Positions 47,069 through 47,727 of a stretch of 47,727 nucleotides of DNA are shown in pieces (position 1 is the first letter of the stretch; the number at the start of each line of letters is the position of its first letter). This DNA is from Octopus bimaculoides. Its lineage: Eukaryota. The stretch is taken from assembly GCF_001194135.2 (NCBI RefSeq), contig NC_068981.1, forward strand, positions 130,944,928 to 130,992,654. The letters run 5' to 3'. The notes under the pieces were generated by a model, which had not been told where the DNA came from, did not search any database, and saw nothing but the letters and a program-made list of their open reading frames with translations. Made by a program: the position numbers and the translations under genes.

Positions 47069-47727
47069 ACAGTATATTTTAGAGAAGGAATGACTTACGT
47101 TACACGATCAGTTGCTGATGTCCTTGAATTGAAACTGCAATCAATAGAGTTTACATACACTGTACTAAGCTCGACGGCAGTACAAGGGGTAGAGTAATAG
47201 ACTCAATGATATTCAGTATTTACAATATGTGCAATAGCAGGTCGGGAAAATAAAATTAAATGGAAAATAAATAAATTAAAACAGAGTAGACGGGCCAAGC
47301 GAAGATTTGTCAACTGAATATAGCGTGAGGCAAATTCGAAGAAAAGAAAAAAGGAAGAGAAAAAGAAAGAAAGAAAGAAATCTAAGCCATTAATAGTAAC
47401 TGGTCATACAATTAAGACAGTAAGATATGTATATTTATAGACAGAGACGTTAATACTATCATACAGACCTATATTTATATTCAAACGTATTCATTTACAC
47501 AAATCACAATACGCATACATACTTTCTAAACAAATGTAAGTACACACACACACATACACATAAAGACATGTATGTTCGTTTATGTGTGTATGTGTATCTG
47601 TCTCTTTCATTATATGGCTTATATCTATAGTACTTTTTATTCAATCCTAGATCAGTCTTCATTCGTTTCATCTAATCTAATTAGGAGTATGTTTACGTGA
47701 ATATATATATATATATATATATATATA

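Overview
Gap-rich (roughly 7 kb of N), AT-rich animal genomic DNA with no host protein-coding exon that I can support. The SINE families, long microsatellites and gap pattern strongly suggest an Octopus (cephalopod) draft assembly; that is inference from pattern recognition, not a database hit. The window is largely decayed transposable elements: two HERO-like and one R4/Dong-like RLE-type LINE, Tx1/L1, RTE and RTE-X fragments, one Neptune-like and two other C-terminal-endonuclease Penelope-like elements (PLEs), a one-LTR Gypsy remnant, a DD37D (maT) derivative, an inverted-duplication mariner derivative, several MITEs and three SINE-like families. The most interesting signals are: (1) five hammerhead-ribozyme-like folds in four sequence families, one directly downstream of a PLE ORF and four in short non-coding repeats next to microsatellites; (2) an RTE LINE ending in three in-frame C2H2-type fingers; (3) a head-to-tail SINE array of about 226 bp period with a constant 15-bp spacer and alternating tail types; (4) a ~40-bp minisatellite whose consensus drifts along the array. 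Almost all long ORFs in the supplied track are artefacts of N runs or microsatellites.
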